From NCBI RefSeq assembly GCF_009914755.1, contig NC_060932.1: a DNA stretch of 64,000 bases; one strand, written 5' to 3'. How positions within the stretch are numbered: the first letter of the stretch is position 1; every line of letters starts with the position of its first letter. This stretch comes from the human T2T-CHM13v2.0 reference genome, Homo sapiens. The position numbers and the translations under genes were made by a program. The notes beneath the pieces are model-generated. The model was not told where the DNA came from, did not search any database, and saw only the letters and a list, made by a program, of their open reading frames with translations. Positions 14,101-29,037 of the stretch are shown in pieces.

Positions 14101-15351
14101 ATATAGTGCAGAAAAAGAGGGCATGACCAAAAAAAAGAACAAATTCTAGAAATGTAAAACAGTAACAAATAGAGTAGATATTAACTGAACTATATCGATC
14201 ACTTTAAATGTGAATGGTCTAAATATACCAGTTAAGAAATAGAGACAGATGGAGTGGGTAAAAAAAGTCTCAATTATATATTGCTTACATAAAATTCACT
14301 TTATCATGACACAGATAGATTAAAAGCAAAAGGACGGATGGATGTTTAGTTGTGCAAACACTAAACAAAAGAAAGCTGGGGTAGATATTTATCCAGAATA
14401 AAGGACATAATTACATAATGATAAAGGAATCAATTATCCAAGAAGACATAACATCTTTAATGTGTATGTGCCTAACTACAAAGTGTCAAGATATATGGGA
14501 TCAAAACTAATAGAACTGCAAGAAAAAATAGAAAAATCTATGATTATATTTGAAAACTTCAACACCTCTCTATTGTAACTGACAGATTAAGCAGGCAGAA
14601 ATTCAGCAAAGATATAGTTCAACTGAAGACTTCTATCAATAAACTGGATCAGACTGACATTTAAAGAGCACATCATTCAACAACAGCAGAATGCACATTA
14701 TTTTTAATTTCACATGGAACACTTACTATAGACTATGGAGATGATAGACCATATTCTAAGTCATAAAACACCTTGAGAAATTTCAACAAATACAAATCAC
14801 ACAACATATATTCTTACATCATAATAGAATTAAACTAGAAGTCAACAATAGAAATATAACTGAAAAATTCTAAGTATTTGGAGACCAAATAATGCAATTC
14901 TAAATAACACATGGGTCAAAGGAGAGTCACAAGAGAAATTAAAATGTATTTTGAACTAAATAAAATCATAATCCAGCTTATTAAAATTTTATGGATGTAG
15001 TAAACACAATGTTTACAGGGAAATTTACAGCATTCAATAGATACAGTAAAAAAGAAGAAAGATAAAAATTCGTAATTTTACCATAGGAAACTGGAGAAAG
15101 AGGAAGGATACAAACCTAAAGCAGGCAGAAGAAAATAAATAAAATTAGCATAAATCAATGAAATTGAAAGCAGAAAATCAATAGAGAAAATCAACAAAAC
15201 CAAAAGCTGTTTCTGTGAGAAGATCAATGAAATTGATAAAACTGTAGCCAGGCTAACAGAGACAAAAAGAAAGAGTACAAAATTCTAATATAGGAAATGA
15301 AAGAGGAGCCATCACTGCTGTTACCATGGACACTAAAAGAATAATAAAAGA

Positions 15352-15651
<300 letters not shown>

Positions 15652-16346
15652 TTATAAACAAGTCTGTGCCACAAATTTGATAACCGAGATGAAATGGACA
15701 AATTTTTTTGAAAGGCATAATCTAACAAAATTCATTCAGGGAAAAATAGGTAATATTATTAAGTCTTATTTATTATAGGAATTGAATAAACAACCAATAA
15801 GCTTCCAAAATGATAGCTTCAGGCCCAGATGGTTTCACTGGTAAGTTCTACCAAAGAATTAAGTGAGAAATAATAGCAATTCTTTACATTCTCTTCCAGA
15901 AAATAGAAATAGAGGGACTTCTGAACTCATTCTATGAGGTAGCATTTTCTTAATACCAAAACCAGAAAAAGACCACTGGAACAACTAGATGTCTCATGTA
16001 AAATACATGAATAAATCTATATACAAACTTTAGACCTTTCACAAAAAATTAACTCAAAATGGATCATGGATTTAAATGTAAACCATAGAAACTTTACAGT
16101 TTCATAACTTCTAGAAGATAATAGAGAAAATCTAGGTGGGAGATGACTTACTAGATGCAACAGCAAAAGCACTATCCATGAAGGAAAAAAATTGATAAAT
16201 TGGGTTTCGTTAAAATTTAAAATGTCAGGTTTGTGAAAAATACTGTTAAAAGAATGAAAAGACAAGCTTCAGAGTGGGTGACAGTGTTTATGGAACACAT
16301 ATCTGATAAAGAACTTTTAACCAAAATATACAAATAAACCCCCACC

Positions 16347-16606
16347 TTTTTTTTGAGACAGGTTCTCACTCTGTTGCCCAGCCTGGAGTGCAGTGGCACA
16401 ATCTTGGTTCAGTGTAACCTCTGCCTCCTGGGCTCAAGTGATCCTTCCAAGTAACTGGGACTACAGCTAATTTTTTTTTGTAGTTTTTGTAGAGATGGAG
16501 TCTCACTATGTTGCCCAGGCTGGTCTTTAATTTCTGGGCTCAAGTGGTCCACCTGTTTCAGCCTCCCAAAGTGTTGGGATTACAGGAGTGATCCAGCGTG
16601 CCCAGC
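16347..16606 (-). mobile_element. AluJ-like, internally deleted
   Basis: Antisense Alu with deletions. Confidence 0.85.
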
Positions 16607-17033
16607 TCAAAGAACCCTTAAGCTTGACCATAAAGAAGGAAACAACTCAATTTAAAAATAGGCAAAAAAAAAATCTGAACAGAAAACCTCATCAAAGAAT
16701 GTACACAGATGGCAAATAAGCATAGAAAACAATACTCAACATCATATGCCGTTAGAGAATTGCAAATTAAAACAATAGTGACATTATGACACACATACTA
16801 AAATTGCTAAAATCCAAACATCTGACCATACCAAGTACTGCAAGAATGTGGAGCAACAGGAACTCTCGTTCTTCACTAGTGGGAATGCAAAATGGTACAG
16901 CCACCTTGGCAGACAGTTTGGTAGTTTCTTACAAAGCAAAACGTAATCTAACCATGGAATTCAACAATTATGTTCCTATTTCCCCAAATGAGTTTAAAAC
17001 TTATGTTCATAATTTACTCCCCCCTCCATGGCA

Positions 17034-17240
17034 TTTTTTTAAAAAATTTTTGATTCAGGGGGTATATATGTGGATTTTTATATGGATATATTGTGTAATG
17101 CTGAGGTTTGGGCTTCTACTGAACCTGTCACCCAAATCATGAACACAATACCCAATAGGTAGTTTTTCAACCCTTGTTCCCCTCTCCTTCCTCCTCATTG
17201 GAGTCCTCAGTGTCTACTGTTTACAGCTTTATGTCTACTC
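17034..17240 (-). mobile_element. Short old L1PA 3'-end insertion
   Basis: gattcagggggta...gctgaggtttggg...gtcacccaa...cccaataggtagtttttcaaccct. Confidence 0.75.
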
Positions 17241-18170
17241 ACACAACTTGTACACAAATGTTTATATTCATAATTGCAAAATACTGGAATCAAACAATAT
17301 ATCCTTCATTAGGTAAATGGATAAACAAAGTATGGTACATCCATATAATGGCATATTACTCAATAATAAAAAGAAAATGAGCCATTAAGCCAAGAAAAGA
17401 CATGGAAGAACTTTAAACCCATATTACTCAGTGAAAGAAGCCAGTGTGAGAAGACTGTATACTGTATGGCCCCAACCATGTAACATTCTGGGAAAGGCAA
17501 AAGTATGGAAACAGTAAAAAGATCAGGTGGGCGCAGGCAGCCTCAGTCTGGTTGACTTTGCAGAGCTATGGAGGGCAGCTTCTGCTTGGATTTCAGGGGT
17601 TCAAGCAGCAGAAGGCTTGACCCAGGGCTCGTTGTGGAGCAAGTGAAGGTGCAGATTGCATGGCACCTGCAGAAAGGTGCTTCTGGAAGCACATTGGGAA
17701 GGTGGGTTGGGGCCTCCCAGGACAATTTCAAGCAGAAGTGCATCCTCATGTGAATAGACTGCTACATGGACACCTGGAACACCGTGTCTTGTGCCCACAA
17801 CTCCTGGCTTCAGCGAGAACAAGCCAACATGTGATCAGGAGACATGACACTAGCCGGAGGGCCACCCTCCGGCCGCCCCACACCATTTCTATTTCCATGT
17901 ATGTGCATTATGAGGTGGGGGCCAACATGTGTGCACTGACTGCCCATTGCTTATGGGGATGGCACCGTGCCTGGACAGATGGGACTGTGTTGCTCCTGGC
18001 CCCCACCCTGCCCCCTGTCCCTTACCCCCTGCCAGTGAGTGTGGCTTGGGTCTGGTTCCTTCCTAAAGTGCTGGCAGCCCAGTGGCACCTCCTTCAGGCC
18101 TGAGGGTAGGTGGTTCCTCCCCTGGTGTGCCCAGGTCATCTTCGTGTCCTGGGCAGAGAACCCTTGTTTT

Positions 18171-19906
18171 ATTTTATTATTATCATTTATTTCAATTTCA
18201 AGGAGAAGTGCATCCTCATGTGAACAGACTGCTACATGGACACCTGGAACACCGTGTCCTGTGCCCCCCTGTATTTTGGAGTACAAGTGGCTTTTGGTCA
18301 CATGGATGAATTATATAGTGCTAAATTCTGAGGCTTTAGTGCACTGTCACTGGAATAGAGTACAATGTACCCAATATGTAGTTTTTTATCTTGCATCCTT
18401 CCTTCCCCCTTCCACTTCTGAGTCTACAAAGTTTATTATATCACTCTGTATGCCTTTGCATATTCATAGCTCAGTTCCCACTTGTAAGTGAGAACATACG
18501 GTGTTTGGTTTTCCATTCCTGAGTTTCTTCACTTAGAATAGTGACTTTCAGCTCCATCCAAGTTGCTGCAAAAGACATTATTTCATTCCTTTTTATGGCT
18601 GAGTGGTATTCCATGGTGCATATATACCATATTTTCTTTATTCACTCATTGGTTGATGAGCACTTAGGTTGGTTTCATATCTTTGCAATTGTGAATTGGG
18701 CTGCAAGAAACATATATGTGCCTGTATCTTTTTCATATAATGACTTCTTTTCCTTTGTGTAGAGACCCAAAGGTGGCATTGCTGGATCAAATGGTTGAAC
18801 TACATTTAGTTCTTTAAGGAATCTCCATACTGTTTCCATAAAGTTGTACTAATTACATTCCTACAAGCAGTGTATAAACGATCACTTTACACCACATCCA
18901 CACCAACATCTATTGTTTTTTGACTTTTTACTAATGGCCATTCTCCCAGGGGTAAGCTGGCATCTAATTGTGGTTTTACTTTACATTTCCCTGATGATTA
19001 GTGATGTTGAGCATTTTTTTCAGATGTTTTTTGGCCATTTGTATATCTTCTTCTTCTTTTTTACATTGCCACCGTAGAGGCACTGATTGTGTATCTTTTG
19101 AGAAATGTTTGTTCATGTTATTTCCCTTTTTTTTGATGGGATTATTTGCCTTTTTTCTTGCCGACTTGTTTGAGTTCCTTGTAGCTTCTGGATACTAGTT
19201 CTTTGTCAGATGCATAGTTTGCAAATATTTTCTCCCATCCTATGGTTTGTCTGTTTACTCTGATGATTATTTATTTTGTTGTGCAGAAGCTTTTTAATTT
19301 AATCATATCCTATTTATTTATTTTTGTTTTTGTTGCATTTGCTTTTGGGGTGTTAAGTCATGAATTCTTTGCCTATGCTGATGTCTTTATGAGTTTTTCC
19401 AATGTTATCTTCTACAATTTTTATGGTTTTGGGACTTCGATTTCAGTCTTTGATCCACTTTGAGTTGATTTTTGTAAGTGAGAGATGAGGATCCAGTTTT
19501 GTTCTTCTACATATGACTTGCCAGTTATCCCAGCACCATTTATTAAATACCCAATTTATGTTTCTGCATGCTTTGTTAAAGATCAGTTGGTTGTAAGTAT
19601 TTGGCTTTATTTCTGGGTTCTCTATTCTGTTCCATTGGTCTATGTGCCTATTTGTATACCAGTACCATGCTGTTTTGGTCACTATAGCCTTGTAGTATAA
19701 CTTGAAGTCTGGTAATGTGATGCCTCAAGATTTGTTCTTTTTTGCTTATGATTGCTTTGGCTATTTGGTCACTTTTTTGGTTCCATATGAAATTTAGGAT
19801 TGTTTGTTTTTTCTAATTCTGTGAAAAACAGTGTTGTCATTTTTTATGGGAATTGCATTGAATCTCTAGGTTGCTTTGGGCAGTGTGGTCATTTTCTCAG
19901 TATTGG
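18171..19906 (-). mobile_element. 5'-truncated L1PB-like element in the pseudogene 3'UTR
   Basis: Antisense L1PB 3'UTR and ORF2 C-terminus ([23 protein letters not shown]); TSD gagaaccctt(g/a)tttt at 18156-18170 and 19907-19921. Confidence 0.9.
18193..18266 (+). repeat. 74-bp local copy of pseudogene segment 17723-17796
   Basis: 71/74 identical, offset 470 bp. Confidence 0.95.
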
Positions 19907-20221
19907 GAGAACCCTTATTTTGACCTTGTTGGAGTAGAGAGTGGTCAGACCCCACCTGAGCTGTGACCCCTTGAGGGTTGACAAATAAATTGCTGGAGGA
20001 GGGGCAGAGAAAGAAGCAGTAAAAAGATCAGTGGTTGTCAGTGCTTCACGGTGAGGGGATGAGGAATGAATAGGTGGAGCACAGTGGAGTTTTAGGGCAG
20101 TAAAACTATTCTATATGGTACTATAATGGTGGATTCATGTCTTTAGACTGATAGAATATAAAACATAAAGAGTGAACCTTTCCCAGCTTGCCAGGAGTCA
20201 AAAAAAAAAAAAAAAAAAAGG

Positions 20222-20530
20222 GCCAGGCGTGGTGGTTCATGCCTGTAATTTCTGGGAGGCTGAGGTGGGAGGATTGCTTGAGCCCAGGAGTTCAAGACCA
20301 GCCTGGGCAACATAGTGAGACCTGATCCCTAGAAAGAAAAAGAAAAAGTTAGTTGGGTGTGGTGGTGTACACACCTGTAGTCCCACCTATTCAGGAGGCC
20401 GAGGCAGGAGGATTGCTTGAACCCAGGAGGTTGAGGCTGCAGTGAGCTATGATTATGTCACTGCACACCAGCCTGAGCAATGACTGGAGGACCTGTACCA
20501 AAAAAATAAATAAAATAAAAAATAAAAAAA
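20222..20530 (+). mobile_element. AluJ-like
   Basis: Diverged sense Alu. Confidence 0.9.
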
Positions 20531-20641
20531 GAATGAACCCTAATGTAAACTATGGACTTCAGTTAATAATAATATATCAGTATAGGCACATCAATTATAA
20601 CATATATATCACACTAATTCATTGTTAAGAACAGGGGAGCT

Positions 20642-20960
<319 letters not shown>

Positions 20961-21049
20961 AACAGAGGAGCCGTGTGAACTCTGCACTAGCTGCTTAATT
21001 TTTTATTAAACCTAAAATGGCTCTACAAAAGGAAATCTATTAATGAAAA

Positions 21050-21880
21050 CACTATTATAATGTGGCAACTCTTAAAACCAGTTTCCCCTCAATCCCCAGG
21101 GTCTGTTGTTGTTTATGTTGCTCTTTGTTTGTTTAAAGTTTACAAGTAAAGCCTCTATTCTTTGTTCTGTGTAGCCTCTGAAGTATGTGCCTGATTAGCT
21201 TAGGGGTCAGTTAATGATTAGACAGAAACTTCCCTGAAGGCCTTGAGCCAATGTCTCCCACTCTTACAAGGGGCTCTGAGTACATAGTGGGGCACATCTG
21301 CAATGCTCTGGAAGTTTGCCACTCTGCCTTAACCTTGACTTCCTGTTTGCATAAGGCCTTAAGGTCACCTCCAGGTGAGAGATTTGGGACTTTTCAAGTC
21401 TTTACTGGTTATGTACACAGCCTTGTACATGTGTGGGTCTTTATTTTTCCTATGATATCTTGGACGTATTCAAAGTCTCCTATTGATATCTCATTCCCTG
21501 AATTTTCGTTTTAATATTTGTGGCCAGGCTCTTGCTTTCCCCAGCTGTATCTTGGGATCAGGCTTGCCGGGAGCTCCGTCATTTTCCTGCTCCTTCCGGT
21601 GGCTGCTGACTTTCATAGCAGGAACAGCTGCCAGGCTGCTGCCTTTCAAGGCTGCCATGGGGATAGGTGCAGAGGGGTGGAAGAGGCTGTTTACAACATC
21701 GTGAAGCTCACTGTTTCTGCCATGCTCTTGAATAAATATTTCTCAGATTGTTGTGAGCCTTTGGCTAATTTTCAGAGTTGTGAAGATGTTTATTCTGACC
21801 ATGTTGACAGTGTTCACGTTGCTTTTTGGAGGAACAGATTTTCAGAGGTCCTTATCCCACCAATTTGGAAGTGTTTCTCC
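21050..21880 (-). mobile_element. Continuation of the antisense L1M
   Basis: tataatgtggcaactct... continues the segment broken near 14100. Confidence 0.6.
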
Positions 21881-21884
21881 CAGC

Positions 21885-22267
<383 letters not shown>

Positions 22268-22434
22268 TAAACCTTATTTAGTTAATCTAATCACTGAAAC
22301 ATTTACATTAAATATTAAGTAATTATTTTAAATATATGAGGTGTGGTTATTTTTAAAAAGTAGCTGCTAACTTATTTTACTTCACTTAAGGCCTCAGATT
22401 TTAATTCTCGAATTTATCATGCATGAGAACCCTG

Positions 22435-22605
22435 ACTCTTGCTCCTGACTGTACTTTAGAATCACCTAAGGAACTCTAAAAATACTGATGCTGAGGCTGT
22501 ACCTCAGGCAAATTGAACTGGAATCTCTGTGGGTGGGACCCAAGCCTCTGCAATATTATTTTTAAGCTCCTCAGCTTATTCTTATTCTCAGAGAGGGTTG
22601 AAGGT
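22435..22605. mobile_element. MER5A-like MITE
   Basis: ttagaatcacct...aaaatactgatgctg...gaatctctgtgggtggg...aagctcc. Confidence 0.75.
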
Positions 22606-22869
22606 TGACAATCCCACAGCGTTGTCTGGCACTAATTGATTTGACCTACTTTTTGAGTATTCAGACAAAGAAGGAGGAATGAGCTCTAGAAAAAGCAATG
22701 GACAGTGATTGCCACCAGAGGTAGGTCAGCCTCAGGAGTGTCTTCAGTGGTGAATAACACAAGCGATGTAAAAGTACTGAAAACTGAAAATCACAATACA
22801 AATAAATAGTTTTATTGTGTTTCAAAACTATTCTAAGAACCATATATGTACATATATGTCCATCTGTAG

Positions 22870-23290
22870 GAACTGGTTAATTCTGATATATTATCATATA
22901 TTGGATATTTATGGAAAGGTTCCAAATGCAAAGCTTCTATTGACGCCAGGACATGCTACCCTCTTGGCATTGACGTATGACAGTATGCTCAGTATTGCCA
23001 ACCAGAAAAGCATCCCTAGCTTCAATGTCCAGAGTTTTTATTGGGGCTTCATTTTGTAGGCATGATTGACTGTTGATTGATTACCCCGTGGTTGAACTCG
23101 GTCTTCCCACCAAAGGTTGGGCTGATATCACATGGCCAAATGGACCTACCATGAGTCGACTTGCTAACATGAACCATTAGCTCTGGTCTGCAGGAGGATG
23201 AACATGAAAAAAAAGGTGCTCCTATCATTCCAAAATTCCAAGGTTTTAGAGAGTATCTCTCAGGACAAGGTCAAATTCTTTCTTACACAT
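22870..23290. mobile_element. MER21-like LTR fragment
   Basis: gtccagagtttttattggggcttcat...ggcatgattga...aaattccaagg. Confidence 0.6.
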
Positions 23291-23825
23291 ACATGGAAAC
23301 TAAGATTTAAGCTGTTAGGCTGGTGTTATTTAACAAAATCATAAAAATTGAAATTTGTAAATATGAAAATTGTGCATATATTTACACATGCATGAATTGC
23401 CTACAGAAAATAAAAAGCAATTTTTTATTTAGGAAAACGGTTTGTCAGAATGTACCAACAAGCCTTTAAAAAAGCATACATTAGATTCAGTGATCTCATA
23501 CTGTGACTAATTCAAAGAGTAACATCAAATGTTCAAAAATTTATGTCAAAAAAATGAAAAATAACTTAAACTGGAAAATGTTCACATTTGAGGGAGTTTA
23601 ATGCAGTTATTTTCATGCATAAAATTGAGAAATGTTTTTACATAATGTTACCTGAAAATGTATGTAAAATTATATGTGTAACATGATTCAACTTATATTT
23701 CAGAAGGCATACTAAATTTTGTGTAGTAGTTATCTTTAATTCCTAGAAAAAAAGTAAATTGCTAACTCATTTTGCTTTGCTATGTATTTCAATTTTTCTA
23801 TAAGCTGGAGTTCTTAAAAAAATTA

Positions 23826-24185
<360 letters not shown>

Positions 24186-24509
24186 TTAAGTAGTTCTGGG
24201 TTTGACATATTTCTTATTGAGGTACCAATTGAACATTGAAAAGTGATTTTTAAAGACACAAGCTATTTAGAAAAACAGGATTTAGAATAGACTTTTGTTG
24301 ACCACATTCTATGCAAGATTTTTGGGATTGACTTTCTTGTCTAGGCATTTTTTGCGGGGGTAGGACTTCTATCAGATATTCAAAGAATATGCAAACTCAA
24401 AAAAGTTAAGAACCGCTCAGAGAAAATTTACAAAAGGAACACAACAGGTGAAACTGTAAAAAGAAGAAGGAAGAGTAATATTTTGATGGGGAAAACAAGT
24501 CATAAAGGG

Positions 24510-24818
24510 TTTTCTTTCTTTCTTTTTTTTTTTTGGGACGTTGTCTCGCTCTGTTGCCCAGGCTGGAGTGCAGTGGAACCATCTAAGCTCACTGCAAGCT
24601 CCGCCTCCCGGGTTCACGCCATTCTCCCGTCTCAGCCTCCCGAGTAGCTAGGACTATAGGCGCCCTGCCACTACGCCCGGCTAATTTTTTTTTGTATTTT
24701 TCGTAGAGAAGGGGTTTCACCGTCTTAGCCAGGATGGTCTCGATCTCCTAACCTCGTGATCCGCCCGCCTGGGCCTCCCAAACTGCTGGTATTATAGGGG
24801 CGAGCCACCGCGCCCGGC
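24510..24818 (-). mobile_element. AluY
   Basis: CpG-rich; gcaagctccgcctcccgggttcacgccattct; TSD aa(g/a)ggttttctt. Confidence 0.93.
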
Positions 24819-24960
24819 CAAAGGTTTTCTTAACCCAAAAAGAGCTAGTATTGCAGGACAGTTTAAAAGGTATGGGTTTTGAAATTGGTGGATCTGGGGT
24901 CAAAGTCCAGTTCCATCACTTAACTAGAATTGTCATATGAGCAAAGTTATTCAGCATCCC

Positions 24961-25302
24961 TGCTATGGTTTGAGTATTTGTGTTCCCCGCCCGAAGTTGT
25001 ATGATGAAATTTAATCTCCAATGTGATAGTTGTAAGAGGTGGGGCCTTTGAGGAAGTGATTAAGTCCTGAGGGCAGAGCCCTCAGGGATGGGATTAGTGC
25101 CCACATAAAAGAGGCCAGAAGGAGTTTGCCCACTTCTGCCATGTAAGGACACAGCAAGAAGTCACCATCTATGAAGCAGACACCAAATCTGCTGGTGCCT
25201 TGATCTCAGACTTCCCAGGCTCCAGAACAATGAGCAATTTCTGTTGTTTATTCATCAATGCAGTCTAAGATATTCTGTCACAGCGCTGAAATTGACTAAG
25301 AC
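24961..25302 (+). mobile_element. MaLR LTR (MST/MLT1A-like)
   Basis: tgctatggtttga...gactaagaca. Confidence 0.85.
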
Positions 25303-26182
25303 ACTCCTACAGTGTATTGTCTATATAGTCCAAGTCTAGAATGTTGATTACAGCTGGGTGAGAGTTGCTAAGTACTGTGCTTGACAGTTTACGTGTAGCA
25401 GTTCATTGATCTAATGACCCTAGGAGGCAGGTAATATTGTTCTCATTTTAAAGGTAAGAAAGGTGAGACTACGCAACAGGATAACAAGGAAACGTGCAGT
25501 CAGTACTTAGCATATGCTGGCAAAGAAAACTAGAAACTGCTCATTTCAACACCTATTGAGTGTAACAATATTATTCTTGCCGCAGAGCCATTCCTATCCT
25601 TTCCTATCTGCTCCTCTCCCTGATATATTGAAGACTGCTGGAAATACAAATTAACATTTTTACTTTAATCCACATTGATACCCTTGAAGGAGTAAATATT
25701 CCAAACATGGCCAATTAAATTTCCCCAGAGGGACTCTGGAACGCAGGTCAGACTGAATGTTCATTGAATAAAACAAGTCTGTTGAGAGATTTTACTCCAA
25801 GGCAAAAGTTCTGTAAATAGAATATAGTAATTTATTGTTGAGAATGATAAAGTTGTGATTATTGAGAATACCAAATTATACCCACTTCAGGAAGACTCCT
25901 TCTATTCATTCTCCATCCACTCCACAAATGTTTGTTGAGCAGCTAATTAGTGTCAGATCATCCATAGGATCCGGGCACAGCAGGGAACAGACAGACACAA
26001 ACCTCCTTCCAGGCATGTGCTCTTAAGAGTGCCTTATGTGCTCTTCATGCCTCTTATGTCTAGCCATTTCAATGAGCATACGCACCATGGGGTAAATATG
26101 GATTTACATATTTCTGGAAAATTCCTGATTAAAATTGGATCTCAAGAAACTACAGTACTAGATTACTTGAAGCAGTATACCT

Positions 26183-26196
26183 CTGCCACCTGGTGA
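26183..26196 (-). promoter_or_regulatory. CTCF-like motif
   Basis: Minus strand TCACCAGGTGGCAG vs core CCASYAGRKGGCRS. Confidence 0.4.
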
Positions 26197-26230
26197 CACA
26201 CGCCGCAAATTTTAGGGATACTGCCTAAAG

Positions 26231-27088
<858 letters not shown>

Positions 27089-27306
27089 TCCTAAAGGAAA
27101 TAAGGTCATTTGTTAATCTTATAAACCTTGCATTATAGGACCATGTTGTGATACTTCTAGATCACATTTGTGTCAAAAAAGTTGTCTATTTTTTTTAATA
27201 AGACAACTGACACCAAAAAAAATTAAGTGAAGAGTAACTCTTACTTACAAAATTTCCAGTCCAAAATATTTTTGTAGTGGATTTCAAAGCACTGCCCAAG
27301 GAGTAG

Positions 27307-28044
27307 TGAAACTGCCTTTGCAAAATTATAACTGAGGAGATTATGACAGTGAAAGAAATCAGACCTAACCCACTCCATCTTGCTTCTAACCTTTAAACTG
27401 TCCTTGTTCATTCTTGGGGGTAGGCCAAACCAACTTTGGGAAGAAATTCAGTTCATGGTTTGACTCTGAAGCAAAACTGATAATAGCCCTTTCCCAAAAA
27501 GACTCCCTTCTTGCCTGGGGACCAGTCTACCTTTGCTGGACTAACAAATTAGCTACAAGATTAGAAATGACAGTTTAGGGGTCATTCAGCATCTGGCTCC
27601 AAGAGTCTGAACCTTCCCAAACTGGTCCTGGTGATAACATCACTATTGTAAAACTTAAGATCAGTTCTTGAGATATTTTGCAATATCTCATGCAATATCT
27701 CATAGCTGCACTCAGTGGATCAGCTGACACTATCTAGACCAGTAATCTGGCTCAACCAGTTCTGCCATCCCACCCAGAACAGAAAGCAGCAAGAAAAACT
27801 CACTAAGATTCCACCTCCAACCTGGCCGCACTCCCCACTTTCCAAGCTCCTACCCGCCAAATTTTCTTTAAAAACTCTGATCCCTGAATGTTCCGGGAGA
27901 CTGATTTGAGTAATAGTAAAATTCTGGTCTCCCACACAGCTGGCTCTGGGTGAATTACTTTTTCTCCGTTGCAAGTCCTTTGTCTTGATAAATTAATTGG
28001 CTCTGTCTAGGCAGCAGACAAGGTGAACCCATTGGGTGGTTACA
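27307..28044 (+). mobile_element. ERV1 solo LTR (LTR8-like)
   Basis: tgaaactgcctttgcaaaattataact...gaacccattgggtggttaca; TSD gta(g/a). Confidence 0.85.
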
Positions 28045-28908
28045 GTAATCCTAAAAGAGTTACAGACTTAACTCTTACAATACAAATATTTATGTGAAGT
28101 TGTTGGTAAGTCCATTCCTTGCCAAAATTGTTAATTAATATTATTGCAAAGAAAATGTCACTTAATCTCTTCCTTTTTGTTCATTCTTTCATTTTCTCTT
28201 TGTGGCAGTAATGAAGAGTAGCAGAAGAATGTATTACTCAGGGTTCTTAAAGTTCTTAATCTACCAGAGTTTGTAACATGATTCTTATTTCTTTTTACCT
28301 AGTAGCATAGATGAGACAATTCATGTGTTTTGCTAACAGAGCAAATGTAGTCAATGTTGAAATGTAAAACTCCATTAGTTTCTATATGGGTCACTTAGCT
28401 TTGTGGTATCTCATGGCCATAGAATGTGGCTTTAACTAACTGTGGTCAGCCATTGTGAAAATATGCACCGAAAGTTATCCAGCGGATTGGGTGAGAGGCG
28501 ATAACAAGGTAGAAATCCACCAACACCACAGAAAACCAGCTTCAGGCAACTATCCTCCTTGGTAACTGGCTGTCATTGTTATCCTAAATCTGAGGTAATA
28601 AACACTATGTAACAAATTATTGACGGATTATTTATTATTCATGACAGTCCAGATGAACAGATATCTTTGCGTTTCAAATGACTGATGTCCAGTGACAGAT
28701 ACACTGTCACAGATAGAAACCTTTTAAGAAAATTATTTATTTTATTTGTATTTGACATTACAAAAGGACTTTAAAGCACCAATCCTTTTCCAGTCATTAT
28801 AGGAAAGCCTCATACACATGTGCATGTTATATGAAAGCCTCACCCACATGAGCACATAGACGTGCTTGACAAAACCATGGAGCTGAGCTGCGTAAGAATG
28901 CTCTGTCT

Positions 28909-29037
28909 CAGTGTAAACTGCTCGGGTGACGGTGCACCAAAATCTCACAAATCACACTAAAGAACTTACTTATGTAACCAAATACCACCTGCTCCCCAAA
29001 AACCTATGGAAACAAAAAATTTAATATAATAATAGTA
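28909..29037 (+). mobile_element. ~130-bp L1PB 3'-end insertion
   Basis: ctgctcgggtgacggtgcaccaaaatctcacaaatcac...aaacctatggaa; perfect 15-bp TSD aagaatgctctgtct. Confidence 0.9.

Larger units (their letters stand above)
17527..20016 (+). pseudogene. TIMM13 (pseudogene): Processed TIMM13 pseudogene (CDS 17568-17834; 3'UTR split by an L1PB)
   Basis: MEGSFCLDFRGSSSRRLDPGLVVEQVKVQIA..CFWKHIGK..DNFKQKCILM*IDCYMDTWNTVSCAHNSWLQREQANM* vs TIMM13 MEGGFGSDFGGSGSGKLDPGLIMEQVKVQIA...[35 protein letters not shown]; intronless, frameshifted, in-frame stop; AATAAA at 19984-19989; 15-bp TSD cagtaaaaagatcag at 17512-17526 and 20017-20031. Confidence 0.93.

Noticed and set aside
17660-18491. Long ORFs of 147 aa and 150 aa
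   Set aside because: Mostly off-frame reads through the TIMM13 pseudogene, its 74-bp copy and the L1PB tail; the shared peptide VHPHVNRLLHGHLEHRVLCP only reflects the duplication.
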